Shown here: positions 37,594 through 47,797 of the stretch, one piece after another
Numbering within the stretch: the first letter of the stretch is position 1
Layout: the number at the start of each line of letters is the position of its first letter
Assembly: GCA_017996625.1 (NCBI GenBank)
Contig: JAGOGO010000001.1
Coordinates: 2,336-66,335 of the forward strand
DNA length: 64,000 nucleotides
Source of the DNA: Deltaproteobacteria bacterium
GTDB lineage: Bacteria > Desulfobacterota > WTBG01 > JAGOGO01
Reading direction: 5' to 3'
Notes under the pieces: generated by a model
What the model saw: only the letters and a program-made list of their open reading frames with translations
Databases searched by the model: none
What the model was told of the DNA's origin: nothing
Position numbers and translations under genes: made by a program

Positions 37594-38265
37594 ATGGTAC
37601 AAAAGAAACCCAGAGGAGCTTTGAAGCTTGCATATAGCAAGAAGTCTGCGCAAGGGGATCGGTTTCGGAGATCACGATCTCGCATTCTTGCACTGCTTGC
37701 TTTCGTTGCTCTGGCTGCGATTACGGCACTTTCATTGTATATTGTTAAGAACCCCATCTGGGTGGCAGGCTCTGGTTGTACCACAACGTATATTCCCTCG
37801 TCGATTCATTCTCCGGAGGGTTCCTCGATACAACTAAAAAGTGCCAGTGTAACGCTTTTCTTTTCCGATCCAGACAGTGGTCTGTTAATCCGTGAAAAGC
37901 GCTCAATTGTCTGGAATCCTGCAGATCTGAAGAGTCAGGTTCGAGCTATTCTTTATGACCTGCAGAAAGGATCGAAACAGAACCTGCTCAATCCGATGCC
38001 GGCTCTTGCACAAGTACGCGATATCTCTTTCCAGGGCGATATGGCGGTCCTGGATTTCAGCAGAGAATTACGGGATCATCATCCCGGAGGAAGTCTTGCT
38101 GAAATGCATACCATTTATGCTATTGTCAATTCTGTGACCTTGAACATCGCATCCGTCAAAAAAGTTCAGATCCTCATTGAAGGCAAGACTGTGGAAACAT
38201 TGAAAGGGCACATTGACTGCCGTTCACCATTGGCTCCAAACTTTTCCCTTATCAAAGCGAGTTAG
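37594..38265 (+). CDS. GerMN domain-containing (sporulation/germination-like) membrane-anchored protein
   Basis: Basic N-terminus plus TM helix ([21 protein letters not shown]), then a region matching the GerMN fold ([18 protein letters not shown]...VRAILYDL...[33 protein letters not shown]...[11 protein letters not shown]). Confidence 0.5.
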   Translation: MVQKKPRGALKLAYSKKSAQGDRFRRSRSRILALLAFVALAAITALSLYIVKNPIWVAGSGCTTTYIPSSIHSPEGSSIQLKSASVTLFFSDPDSGLLIREKRSIVWNPADLKSQVRAILYDLQKGSKQNLLNPMPALAQVRDISFQGDMAVLDFSRELRDHHPGGSLAEMHTIYAIVNSVTLNIASVKKVQILIEGKTVETLKGHIDCRSPLAPNFSLIKAS

Positions 38266-38267
38266 CA

Positions 38268-40307
38268 GTGGCCAAGAAGAGCCGTTTGGACAGAATCCGC
38301 AACATTGGTATCATCGCCCATATCGATGCCGGCAAGACTACGGTGACCGAGCGAATTCTTTTCTATACCGGAAGGATTCATAAGATGGGCGAGGTACATG
38401 ATGGACAGGCAGCTATGGACTACCTCATTCAGGAGCAGGAACGAGGCATCACCATCACTTCAGCAGCGACCACGTGCGTGTGGCAAGGCACGGACATCCA
38501 TCTGATTGATACACCCGGGCACGTGGACTTCACGATTGAGGTGGAGCGGTCTCTGAGAGTTCTGGATGGCGCGGTCGTCGTGTTCTGCGCAGTGGGAGGC
38601 GTGGAACCTCAATCGGAGACGGTATGGCACCAGGCAGACAGGTATCGGGTTCCGCGGCTGGCATTCATCAACAAGATGGACCGTATTGGATCGGATTTTC
38701 GCGGCGTCATCCAGCAGATGAAAGACAAGTTGGGTGCCCGGCCGCTCGTTCTTCAGCTGCCGCTGGGATCTGAATCAGACTTCAAAGGAGTTATTGACCT
38801 TATTGCCAATCAGGCGCTGGTTTGGGATGACGATACGCTTGGTGTGTCTTTTACTTCCATGCCGATACCAGAAGCGTATCGTGATGAGGCAGCTGAGTAT
38901 CGCGACCGTCTTATGGAGACACTCGCCGAAGGTGATGACCTTCTTTTAGAAAAGTACCTTTCCGGGGCAGAGATTACTGCCGATGAGGCTCACCAGGCAG
39001 TGCGAAGCCTCACCCTGAGTTATGCGGTAACACCGGTTCTTTGTGGATCAGCATTGCGGAATAAGGGTATTCAACCAGTGCTGGATGCTGTTGTCCGATA
39101 TCTTCCGTCACCGCAGGATGTGCCCGCAGTGATGGGCATTAATCCCCGAACCAATGACAAGGAGGAGAGACTCAGCAGCGATGATGCTCCGCTAACTGCA
39201 TTCGCCTTTAAGGTTCTGACCGATGAGGAAAAGCGAAAGCTAGTGTTTCTACGTATTTATTCTGGCGTGATCCAGGCTGAAACTGCTGTCTACAATGCTT
39301 CCAAGAACAAAACCGAGCGACTGGCCCGCCTGTTTCGAATGTATTCTAATAAGCGGGAGCGATTACCTGAGGCTCGCGCGGGAGACATTGTCGCTGCCGT
39401 GGGCCTCAAGGATACAATTACCGGTGATACCCTCTGTGATCCTCAACATCCAATTCTTCTCGAGCCCCTTGATTCTTACCGCCCGGTGATGTCTGTCGCT
39501 ATAGAGCCGAAGACCCGCAGTGACATGGAAAAGCTGGAGGGCGCGTTAAACAAGCTGGTGGATGAAGATCCGACGTTTACCGTCAAGCATGATGAAGACT
39601 CTGATCAGACTATTATTTCAGGCATGGGAGAGCTGCATCTGGATGTGCTGGTTACCAGGCTGCTGCAAGATTTCAATATCAACGTTAACGTGGGCAAGCC
39701 CCAGGTCGTGTATCGTGAGACGATCACGAGATCTGTTGAACACGAAGCAACCTTTGACCGGGAAATCGGGGGAACGCGCAACTACGGTAACGTACGGGTT
39801 AGGCTTGAGGCTCTGAAACGCGGAAGCGGCGTTGAATATGCAAATACGCTGGCAGAAGGTAGTCTCCCTGCGAATATCCTCAGTGCCATCGAAATGGGAA
39901 TCCATGAAAGGCTTCTATCCGGCGTGGCGGCTGGTTATCCGGTTGTCGATGTGAAGATCAGTCTGATCAATGCCCTGCTCCAGGATAGTGCCTCTACTGA
40001 ACTAGCCTATAAGATTGCCGCATCAATGGCGGTAAAAGAAGGATGCGAAAAAGCCGGCCCGGTTCTCCTTGAGCCGATTATGGCCCTTGATGTCGTAGTA
40101 CCGGAGGAATTCATGGGCGAGGTTATCGGTGATCTCAATGCGCGGCGAGGCAGACTTGGCAATATTACACCTAAAGGAAAGGTATCGGTGATCAAGGCAA
40201 TGGTACCGCTCAAAGAAACCTTCGGTTATTCCACGAGCCTGCGATCAGCCAGCCAGGGCCGCGGCACATTTACCATGCAGTTTTCTCATTACGACCAGGC
40301 GGGATAG
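38268..40307 (+). CDS. elongation factor G paralog (EF-G2-like translational GTPase)
   Basis: 679 aa, GTG start 3 nt after the upstream stop. G domain [21 protein letters not shown], and EF-G domains II-V. Shorter and more divergent than canonical FusA, and not in a str operon (rpsL-rpsG-fusA-tuf). Confidence 0.85.
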   Translation: MAKKSRLDRIRNIGIIAHIDAGKTTVTERILFYTGRIHKMGEVHDGQAAMDYLIQEQERGITITSAATTCVWQGTDIHLIDTPGHVDFTIEVERSLRVLDGAVVVFCAVGGVEPQSETVWHQADRYRVPRLAFINKMDRIGSDFRGVIQQMKDKLGARPLVLQLPLGSESDFKGVIDLIANQALVWDDDTLGVSFTSMPIPEAYRDEAAEYRDRLMETLAEGDDLLLEKYLSGAEITADEAHQAVRSLTLSYAVTPVLCGSALRNKGIQPVLDAVVRYLPSPQDVPAVMGINPRTNDKEERLSSDDAPLTAFAFKVLTDEEKRKLVFLRIYSGVIQAETAVYNASKNKTERLARLFRMYSNKRERLPEARAGDIVAAVGLKDTITGDTLCDPQHPILLEPLDSYRPVMSVAIEPKTRSDMEKLEGALNKLVDEDPTFTVKHDEDSDQTIISGMGELHLDVLVTRLLQDFNINVNVGKPQVVYRETITRSVEHEATFDREIGGTRNYGNVRVRLEALKRGSGVEYANTLAEGSLPANILSAIEMGIHERLLSGVAAGYPVVDVKISLINALLQDSASTELAYKIAASMAVKEGCEKAGPVLLEPIMALDVVVPEEFMGEVIGDLNARRGRLGNITPKGKVSVIKAMVPLKETFGYSTSLRSASQGRGTFTMQFSHYDQAG

Positions 40308-40309
40308 GG

Positions 40310-40365
40310 ATTAGTTAAGTGGAGAATTGGTCAAATAGTGAATTGGTAGAATGATTGAGTTGCAT
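40310..40365. repeat. purine-rich family member after the EF-G paralog stop
   Basis: AGTTAAGTGGAGAATTGGTCAAATAGTGAATTGGTAGAATGATTGAG (AGTGGAGAA / AGTGAATTGG units). Confidence 0.35.
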
Positions 40366-40505
40366 GGTGAAAAGGCCACCAGACATTCATGACCAGGGTA
40401 CCTGTTCCTTCTTAAACAAGAACCACTTAACGATTCAACCAATTCCGGACTCACCGTGCTCCGCGCTCTCTGTCTCTAAATCCCCGGACCACTTCCTCGA
40501 TCAGC

Positions 40506-41792
40506 TCACTCCACCAGCGCCTGTTTCAATACTTCTGCAAGGTGCTTCACTGCTTGCTGCTTATTCATGGCATGAAAACCATCCTGAAACTGCATCAGAC
40601 ATCCCATGCACGAGGTAACCACCGTATCTATACCTGCCTCTTCAATCGATCGTACTCGCCTGCGGAAGATCTGCAAGGATAGATCATAATGACTCACGTC
40701 AAAGCTGCCTCCGGAGCCACAGCAAAGGTTTTCCTGGCCGGTCTCAACGAATTCCGCTCCTCGTATTGCACGGAGCAGCTCTCGCGGTTGCATGATGATG
40801 CCCTGCGCCCGCCGCAGGTGGCAGGGATCATGGAAAGTAAAACGAACCTGTTCTTCGGCCTGAAAATTCTTCATCGCAGGCAAACCCGCGTCCACAAGAA
40901 GTTCGGATAGATCCTTTACTCGCTGAGAAAACGCTAAGGCCTTCTGCCTTGAACTTTTGTCCTCAAACAATGCAGGATACTGCTTGAGGTGAGCACTGCA
41001 GGAAGAGCAGAATGCAACTATCGGGACAGATTCTTCTCCTGCGAAGGCGTCGATTGTTCGTCTGGCGATCTGGCGGGCGGCTTCGATCTCCCCTGCTCCT
41101 GATGCCATTAGTCCACAGCAGCTTTGTTCCGGAGGGATTACAACCGGAATACCGAGGTGTTCCAGCAGAGCCAGGGCAGCTTCGGCAATACCGGGAAGTA
41201 TATAGTTTGCAACACAGCCGATAAAGAGCAGCGCTCCCGGGTGATGTGGTTGAGATCGTTTTCGCCGGACATCGAGAAAAGACTGCTGTGCCAGAGCTGG
41301 AATAATCCGCGCCGATTTTTCTCTTCCTCTGGGCAGGCGATAGTAGAGGCCGCTTTCAAGCGGAACCTTTTTCAAAAGCAGCGGCTCAAGTGCTTTTCCC
41401 GCTTGATAGAGCCGGTCAAGCCGCTGCGGAAAGGGCAGAATGCGTGATAGAAAGGTTTTATACGCTAAAGCTGAATTCCTTCGAGAGGTGAATATGGTGC
41501 GGGCCTTGCGGATAAGCTCGTATGCTGGCACCATATTCGGACAGATTTCCGTGCAGGCGCCACAAAGGAGGCAGCATGATAAGATATCGTTTATGTTTGC
41601 TTCTGATAACGACCCGGAGGCGGCAGCCTCAATGAGAGCGATCTTGCCCCGGGCGGTTTGCGGTTCGCGTCCGGTTTCTCGATAAATCGGACAGACGCTC
41701 AGGCAACGACCACACTTGACGCACGCGGCGGCTTCGCTGGCCAAGCTATCGACGGATTCGATAGTGAGGTTGTGATTGGGTTTCCCTTCCAT
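40506..41792 (-). CDS. Fe-S oxidoreductase, GlcF/HdrD-like (two 4Fe-4S ferredoxin motifs plus CCG domains)
   Basis: CVKCGRCLSVCPIY and CCLLCGACTEICP ferredoxin motifs. C-terminal cysteine-rich CCG domains (CCGSGG). Confidence 0.8.
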   Translation of the reverse strand: MEGKPNHNLTIESVDSLASEAAACVKCGRCLSVCPIYRETGREPQTARGKIALIEAAASGSLSEANINDILSCCLLCGACTEICPNMVPAYELIRKARTIFTSRRNSALAYKTFLSRILPFPQRLDRLYQAGKALEPLLLKKVPLESGLYYRLPRGREKSARIIPALAQQSFLDVRRKRSQPHHPGALLFIGCVANYILPGIAEAALALLEHLGIPVVIPPEQSCCGLMASGAGEIEAARQIARRTIDAFAGEESVPIVAFCSSCSAHLKQYPALFEDKSSRQKALAFSQRVKDLSELLVDAGLPAMKNFQAEEQVRFTFHDPCHLRRAQGIIMQPRELLRAIRGAEFVETGQENLCCGSGGSFDVSHYDLSLQIFRRRVRSIEEAGIDTVVTSCMGCLMQFQDGFHAMNKQQAVKHLAEVLKQALVE

Positions 41793-41798
41793 TAGCGG

Positions 41799-43196
41799 TC
41801 AGTATTCTTCAGCCGGATTTCCGTAAAAGATTTTCCCGGGATTGAGAATGTCATTGGGATCAAAAGCTCGTTTGATTCTCTTCATTAAAGCAATTTCAGT
41901 ATCGGTAAGCTCCATCCCAAGATAGGCTGCTTTCGTGATCCCGATGCCGTGCTCGCCGGAAATGGTTCCTCCCAATTCAATGACTGTTTGAAAAAGCTCT
42001 TTTACTACTCTTTCAGCTTTCTCTGGTTCGCCTTTTCGCGATTTGTCATACATGACATTCACATGCAGATTCCCGTCACCGGCATGGCCAAAGCTGATAA
42101 CCGGGAGCTGAAATTTCTTTTTGATCTGTTCCAGCCGGTGGAACAAGTCCGGGATTCGACTGCGCGGAACCACGATATCCTCATTGATCTTAGTTAGCTT
42201 GAGCTGCATCAGCGCTGGAGAGATGGCCTGCCGAATCTGCCAGAGCGTTTCGGCCTCCTGATCCGTTTGCGCTTGTTTAATGTAAAACGCTTCCCGGTTT
42301 CTGCACAATTCTTCTATCCTGTCAGTCTGTTTTTTCATCGTCAGAGGATCGCCATCCAGTTCGATGAGCAGGACGGCCTCAGTACCGGCTGGCAGGTTCA
42401 ATGGTCGATACGTGCTGACGCAACGGATTGAAGCCTGGTCGATCAGCTCAAGTTTTGCGGGGATAATACCGCTTCGAATGATATCGGATACCGTATGCGA
42501 ACAGGCTTCGATGCTGCTGAAAGCGGCTATGAGCGTACGCGTGGCTTCCGGCTTGGGGATGAGGCGAACGTATATTTTTGTAATAATTCCCAGAGTCCCT
42601 TCAGATCCTACAATAAGACGGGTGATGTCATATCCTACCACCCCTTTCATGGTACGCACACCGGTGGTGATTATTTCACCGGTCGGCAAGACCACTTCCA
42701 GGCCAGTTACATAATCGCGAGTGACTCCGTATTTCAGGCCGTGTGGACCGCCGGCATTCTCAGCTGCGTTACCTCCCAAGCTCGAAAAGGCCAGACTTGA
42801 AGGATCCGGGGGATAAAAAAGTCCACGTTTTTTTACTTCATTCTGAAAATCCCCACAGAGCACACCTGGTTCAACGATCGCGGTGAGATTGTCGGCGTCA
42901 ATTTCCACAATGCGGTTCAAGCGAGTAGTCACCAGGACAACGCCACTGAGGATGGCCAAGGCGCCACCGGTAAATCCGCTTCCTGCGCCCCGGGGAATCA
43001 CGGCAAACTGCATCCTGTTTGCAAGCCGGAGAATCTCGGCTATCTCTTGAGCGGTCCCGGGAAACACAACTGCATCGGGAAGAAATTTCCGGTTTACTGC
43101 GTCATAGGAATAGCAGACCAGAGATTCGGAATCAGTGAGGACGTTTTCTTTGCCCACAATTTTCATGAGCAGATAGATGGCGTTCTTCTTTAGCAA
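41799..43196 (-). CDS. FAD-linked oxidase, GlcD / D-lactate dehydrogenase family
   Basis: 465 aa. FAD-binding PCMH domain (VIPRGAGSGFTGGA) and C-terminal FAD-oxidase domain. Directly upstream of, and co-directional with, the GlcF-like gene. Confidence 0.85.
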   Translation of the reverse strand: MLKKNAIYLLMKIVGKENVLTDSESLVCYSYDAVNRKFLPDAVVFPGTAQEIAEILRLANRMQFAVIPRGAGSGFTGGALAILSGVVLVTTRLNRIVEIDADNLTAIVEPGVLCGDFQNEVKKRGLFYPPDPSSLAFSSLGGNAAENAGGPHGLKYGVTRDYVTGLEVVLPTGEIITTGVRTMKGVVGYDITRLIVGSEGTLGIITKIYVRLIPKPEATRTLIAAFSSIEACSHTVSDIIRSGIIPAKLELIDQASIRCVSTYRPLNLPAGTEAVLLIELDGDPLTMKKQTDRIEELCRNREAFYIKQAQTDQEAETLWQIRQAISPALMQLKLTKINEDIVVPRSRIPDLFHRLEQIKKKFQLPVISFGHAGDGNLHVNVMYDKSRKGEPEKAERVVKELFQTVIELGGTISGEHGIGITKAAYLGMELTDTEIALMKRIKRAFDPNDILNPGKIFYGNPAEEY

Positions 43197-43397
43197 CGAT
43201 GATGCTCCCTTCGGGTAGTACTACTGGTAAGTGACACTGTTTGTCCAGGGCAGCGTCGATCCGCCATACGGATTAACGAGAAGCCGACTCGGTGTTGTCG
43301 CCAGAGTGCGAGAATCGCGTTGTTGTGCCGCGAACGTGCGTTCCATGTATGCCAAAAGATAATAGCATTACGCTGGAAAGGATGAAAGGTCAAGGAT

Positions 43398-43547
43398 CTA
43401 GGGACTGTATGATAATGCCCTAATGGGTTAAAAATAGATCGAGGGAATGCACCAATTGGTGATTATCAGCATGACATTCCTTGGACTATTTCTCCTCGGC
43501 TTTATCAGAATGTGCCTTCATGACCTATTGTCATACAGTCCCTAGAC
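43398..43547. repeat. pair of 19-bp inverted repeats 112 bp apart (CTAGGGACTGTATGATAAT / ATTGTCATACAGTCCCTAG)
   Basis: 18/19 match in inverted orientation. The internal segment carries TTATCAG / CATGAC sub-repeats. Lies in the divergent region between the glcD-like gene and the membrane-protein gene. Confidence 0.6.
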
Positions 43548-43631
43548 TTTGGTGATCATGCCCTTGAAAAACAAGACACAACTGGATAGAGTAGTTTTGT
43601 TGGACTGTTCAAGAAAGGGCGTGAATCCGGA

Positions 43632-44801
43632 ATGATGAACCATAGTACACTCTCACCTCTGTCATCCAGTCAGCGAAGCAGACGACCGTGGGCCTGGGCT
43701 CAATTGGCAACCGGCCTCCTGCTGGCCGTTGTTTCAGGAATCCTTCTTTTCCAAAGGGTGGAACCTTTTGCGTCCGAGTTCTACCTCTTTATCTGGTGGT
43801 CCTATATTATTGCTATCGATGCAGTCACTTATCTCATTCAAAACAACTCGCTTATTATCAGCAGGACCAGAGAATTCCTGATCATGCTGCCCTGGTCGGT
43901 TGCGTTCTGGCTGCTATTTGAGATGGTGAACCTGCGCCTAGATAACTGGCACTACATCAATGTCGCCAGCAACATCTGGGTCCGCTGGCCGGGCTATTTT
44001 CTCGCCTATGCCACAGTGCTTCCGGGTATTTTTGAGACCGCAGAAGTGCTTGGTTGCCTCGGATTGTATCACAGGGTGCGGTGCCGGCAGCGGGTGATCG
44101 CTCCAGTGCGGTTTTTTGCGTTCTATGGGACCGGAATTCTTTTTCTTGCTTTGAGCCTGGCAGCTCCCCGCTTCTGCTTTCCCCTGATCTGGCTGGCGTT
44201 CATTTTTCTGCTGGAACCGCTAAACTATACACATGGCGGCTTATCGTTGCTGCGCGACTGGGAGTTGGGGAAGCCGAAAAATCTGCTGCTTCTGCTCACT
44301 GCGGGACTTGTCTGCGGAGGGCTATGGGAGCTCTGGAACTTCTGGGCCGGCGCTAAATGGATCTACACGGTTCCATTCTTCGACGAACTCAAGATTTTTG
44401 AAATGCCGCTTGCGGGGTTTCTCGGATTTCCTCCCTTTGCGGTTGAGTGCTACGTGATGTACAATTTTATTTCGCTCTTCCGTGGGAAGAGAACCTGGTT
44501 GAAAGACAATCCACCTCAAACCTCATACCGACGGTTATCCCCTCGCGTGACGCTCAGTGTTGCGGCTGTAATGATACTTTTCTTCGCTATCGGCTTCCAG
44601 GTTCTTGACCGTCATACGGTGAAATCGTTTGCTCTGCGGCCAACCCTGAGCACCAGCAAGACACCATCTGCCGTGTTGTCCCGCGAAACGGGAATCATCG
44701 TCACGAACTCGGTGCCTTGCATCGTATGTTTTGCCGATGCCCAGGCTAACCAGTTTTGGTTGGAAAGCCGGAAAGTGCTTGCAAACAACACTCGTTGGTG
44801 A
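43632..44801 (+). CDS. hypothetical integral membrane protein
   Basis: 389 aa with 8-10 predicted hydrophobic helices and W/F-rich loops. No family recognised. Confidence 0.45.
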   Translation: MMNHSTLSPLSSSQRSRRPWAWAQLATGLLLAVVSGILLFQRVEPFASEFYLFIWWSYIIAIDAVTYLIQNNSLIISRTREFLIMLPWSVAFWLLFEMVNLRLDNWHYINVASNIWVRWPGYFLAYATVLPGIFETAEVLGCLGLYHRVRCRQRVIAPVRFFAFYGTGILFLALSLAAPRFCFPLIWLAFIFLLEPLNYTHGGLSLLRDWELGKPKNLLLLLTAGLVCGGLWELWNFWAGAKWIYTVPFFDELKIFEMPLAGFLGFPPFAVECYVMYNFISLFRGKRTWLKDNPPQTSYRRLSPRVTLSVAAVMILFFAIGFQVLDRHTVKSFALRPTLSTSKTPSAVLSRETGIIVTNSVPCIVCFADAQANQFWLESRKVLANNTRW

Positions 44802-44872
44802 TAAAAAAACCTTTTCTTAGACGGCTGAGAACGAGCCTTTATTCTTATTGAATTGACGGAACTGATGCACCC

Positions 44873-45703
44873 ATGATTAGCGCAGAGAAAGTTACAGAAC
44901 TGGAGGGCGTTGCTCGCGATTTACGCGGTGATATTCTGAGGATGCTCACGAAAGCCTGTTCGGGTCACACTGGCGGATCCCTTTCAGCAGTGGAGATCCT
45001 TACCGCACTCTACTTTCATACGCTTCGGCACGATCCGAAGAATCCTTCCTGGCCGGATCGCGACCGGTTTGTTCTGTCCAAAGGGCACGGAGCTCCCGTT
45101 CTCTATGCGGCTCTTGCCCGTTGCGGCTACTTTGACCGGGCTGTTCTCACTACACTGCGGGAACTGGGAAGCATCCTGCAGGGCCATCCAGATATGAAGT
45201 CTACTCCTGGTGTGGATATATCCACTGGATCCCTTGGTCAAGGACTCTCCCTAGCCAATGGCATGGCTCTGGCGCTACGCCTGGACAATCGGCCATCCCG
45301 GGTCTACGCTGTGCTGGGAGATGGAGAAATTCAGGAAGGACAAGTCTGGGAAGCCGCCATGGCTGCTGCTCATTACCGCCTGGATAATCTGTGTGCCATT
45401 ATTGACAATAACGGACTCCAGATAGACGGACCGGTAGAAAAGATCATGAGCCTGGGCTCGATTGCCGATAAGTGGGCTTCTTTCGGATGGAAGGTGTTCT
45501 GTGTGGACGGCCACAGTTTTCCGGATCTTATCGGTGCGCTGGATCAGACTAAGTCGGTCAAAGAGCAGCCGTCGGTCATTGTCGCCAGGACGCTCAAAGG
45601 TAAGGGGTGCTCCTTTTGTGAAGGCAAAGTAGAATACCATGGCGTAGCTCCCTCAGCTGAGGAGCTGGAATGTGCCCTGAAGGAGCTTGGCTGTGAGTGC
45701 TAA
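44873..45703 (+). CDS. transketolase, N-terminal (TPP-binding) subunit
   Basis: 276 aa. SGHTGGSLSAVEILTALYF, and TPP motif GDGEIQEGQVWEA. Confidence 0.9.
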   Translation: MISAEKVTELEGVARDLRGDILRMLTKACSGHTGGSLSAVEILTALYFHTLRHDPKNPSWPDRDRFVLSKGHGAPVLYAALARCGYFDRAVLTTLRELGSILQGHPDMKSTPGVDISTGSLGQGLSLANGMALALRLDNRPSRVYAVLGDGEIQEGQVWEAAMAAAHYRLDNLCAIIDNNGLQIDGPVEKIMSLGSIADKWASFGWKVFCVDGHSFPDLIGALDQTKSVKEQPSVIVARTLKGKGCSFCEGKVEYHGVAPSAEELECALKELGCEC

Positions 45704-45764
45704 CAGGGTGTTGAAAAAAATACGCCGCCGACAGCGGGCTCTTTCAACAGCTTGCTAAAGGAAG

Positions 45765-46748
45765 GTGATCGTTTTGTCAAACCTAACAGACCTGCGCGAG
45801 GCTTACGGAAAAACACTTGCTCAACTTGGCGAGGAGAACGAAAACATTGTGGTCCTTGATGCGGACCTTTCGGGATCCACCAAGACGAGTGTTTTTGGGA
45901 AGAAATTTCCTCATCGTTTTTTCAATATGGGAGTAGCCGAGCAGAACATGATCAGTACTGCTGCCGGGTTGGCAGCTGCGGGCAAAATTGCGTTTGCCAG
46001 CACTTTCGCCGTGTTCGCCTCTGGACGAGCCTGGGAACAGATACGATACAGCGTTGCCTACAATCGCCTCAACGTAAAAATCGTGGCCAGCCACGGCGGC
46101 ATCACCGTAGGCCCTGACGGAGGATCACACCAGTGTGCGGAAGATATCGCCATCATGAGGGTTCTTCCCTCGATGCGGGTGATTGTTCCCGGCGATGGAA
46201 TCGAGATGAGAGAGGTCATCAAGGCGGTCGCCGAGATTCCCGGACCATTCTATGTACGTGGATCCCGAGTGAAGTTTCCCGCTCTCGTGGGGGAAAATTA
46301 CCGCTTTCAGCTGGGAAAAGGAGTCGTGCTGCGCGACGGTCGAGATGTAACTTTGATTGGGACCGGATTGATGGTGTCAAAATGTCTGGAGGCTGCCGAG
46401 GTCTTGGACCAGGAAGGGATTTCAACTCGAGTGGTAAACATGTCTACAATCAAACCTCTCGATGAAGAACTGGTGATTGATTGCGCGGCGCAGACGCAAG
46501 GTATCGTCACTGCTGAAGAGCACTCCATTATCGGAGGGCTGGGAAGTGCAGTGGCTGAAGTCCTCGGTGAAAAGCTTCCTGCTCCACTCGTGCGGATCGG
46601 TGTCCGGGACTCCTTTGGGCACTCAGGAACGGCTGACGAATTACTCGATCTTTTTGGGCTGTCATCCCGGAGTATCGTCATGGCGGCAAAGCAGACCCTG
46701 GGGATGCACCGAGGCGAACGCACCATGATGACTATGGCAATGCGCTGA
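45765..46748 (+). CDS. transketolase, C-terminal (pyrimidine-binding) subunit
   Basis: 327 aa. Pyr domain (FNMGVAEQNMISTAAGLA) and C-terminal transketolase domain. Adjacent to the N-terminal subunit. Confidence 0.9.
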   Translation: MIVLSNLTDLREAYGKTLAQLGEENENIVVLDADLSGSTKTSVFGKKFPHRFFNMGVAEQNMISTAAGLAAAGKIAFASTFAVFASGRAWEQIRYSVAYNRLNVKIVASHGGITVGPDGGSHQCAEDIAIMRVLPSMRVIVPGDGIEMREVIKAVAEIPGPFYVRGSRVKFPALVGENYRFQLGKGVVLRDGRDVTLIGTGLMVSKCLEAAEVLDQEGISTRVVNMSTIKPLDEELVIDCAAQTQGIVTAEEHSIIGGLGSAVAEVLGEKLPAPLVRIGVRDSFGHSGTADELLDLFGLSSRSIVMAAKQTLGMHRGERTMMTMAMR

Positions 46749-47081
46749 CCACTCAGTTGGTGACGCTTGTACCTCTAGAAACGCCACGTGCTTGCACCTG
46801 CCGCCAGTATCTGCTTTTCTCAATATTGTTGTCCGCTTGTTTTGCTCAGGATCTTGTTCCACGGCTCGAATCATGATGTTCTCCTCTTCTCCAGCATAGG
46901 AGATTTCCACCAGTATAAGTCGGTATGATTCCCTCACCGACAGCCGGCTGTTATCTGCTCCTGTTGAAATATGGTATAGTGAAAGCAGCTGCGGACTCGC
47001 AGGATATTGATCTGTAGATACTATCAACACAGCATTCTCAAAGAGAGTTCCCGCTGGAACAACGTTTCAAAAAAGCATGCC

Positions 47082-47795
47082 ATGATTCAGTTGTACAATG
47101 TCGACAAAACGTATTCCTCCCGGTACCCGGCGCTCAGTGACATCAATCTGGATATCGGTAAGGGAGAATTCGTTCTGATTGTCGGGCCAAGCGGAGCTGG
47201 GAAGACGACGCTTCTCAAGCTAATGTTTCTCTCAGAAATGCCTTCCCGCGGGCGCGTTGTGATCAATGGAATGGACACCCGGAAGATCACTGGACCGCAG
47301 ATTTCACTCCTGCGCCGCAAAATCGGATTTGTGTTCCAAGACTTCAAGCTGCTCCCTCACCGATCGGTATATGACAATGTTGCAATAAGCCTGGAAGTGC
47401 TGATGATGAAAAGGAGGCTGGTCAAACGCCGCGTTCAACAGGTTCTCAAGCACGTGGGCCTTCTGAATCGTGCTGATGCCATACCGCTGATCCTATCGGG
47501 AGGGGAACAGCAGCGGGTGGCCATTGCCCGGGCTGTGGTCAAGGATCCATTGATTTTACTGGCTGATGAGCCTACGGGAAATCTGGATCTGGATATCACC
47601 AGAGACATTATGAAGCTTTTCAAGATCATTAATTCCTGGGGAACCACGATTGTAATAGCGACCCATAACAAGGCGCTCCTTGAGTACCGTCCGACCAAAG
47701 TGATCGCCCTTAAGAAAGGGGCTATTCAGGAAGTGTTTGTTTCCAGCAGGATGGCGAACTCGGAGGATACCAGTCTTCCATCCGGTGGTGAGTAA
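47082..47795 (+). CDS. ftsE: cell division ATP-binding protein FtsE
   Basis: Start at internal ATG ([11 protein letters not shown]). Walker [13 protein letters not shown] signature [14 protein letters not shown], Walker [13 protein letters not shown]. Confidence 0.9.
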   Translation: MIQLYNVDKTYSSRYPALSDINLDIGKGEFVLIVGPSGAGKTTLLKLMFLSEMPSRGRVVINGMDTRKITGPQISLLRRKIGFVFQDFKLLPHRSVYDNVAISLEVLMMKRRLVKRRVQQVLKHVGLLNRADAIPLILSGGEQQRVAIARAVVKDPLILLADEPTGNLDLDITRDIMKLFKIINSWGTTIVIATHNKALLEYRPTKVIALKKGAIQEVFVSSRMANSEDTSLPSGGE

Positions 47796-47797
47796 CC

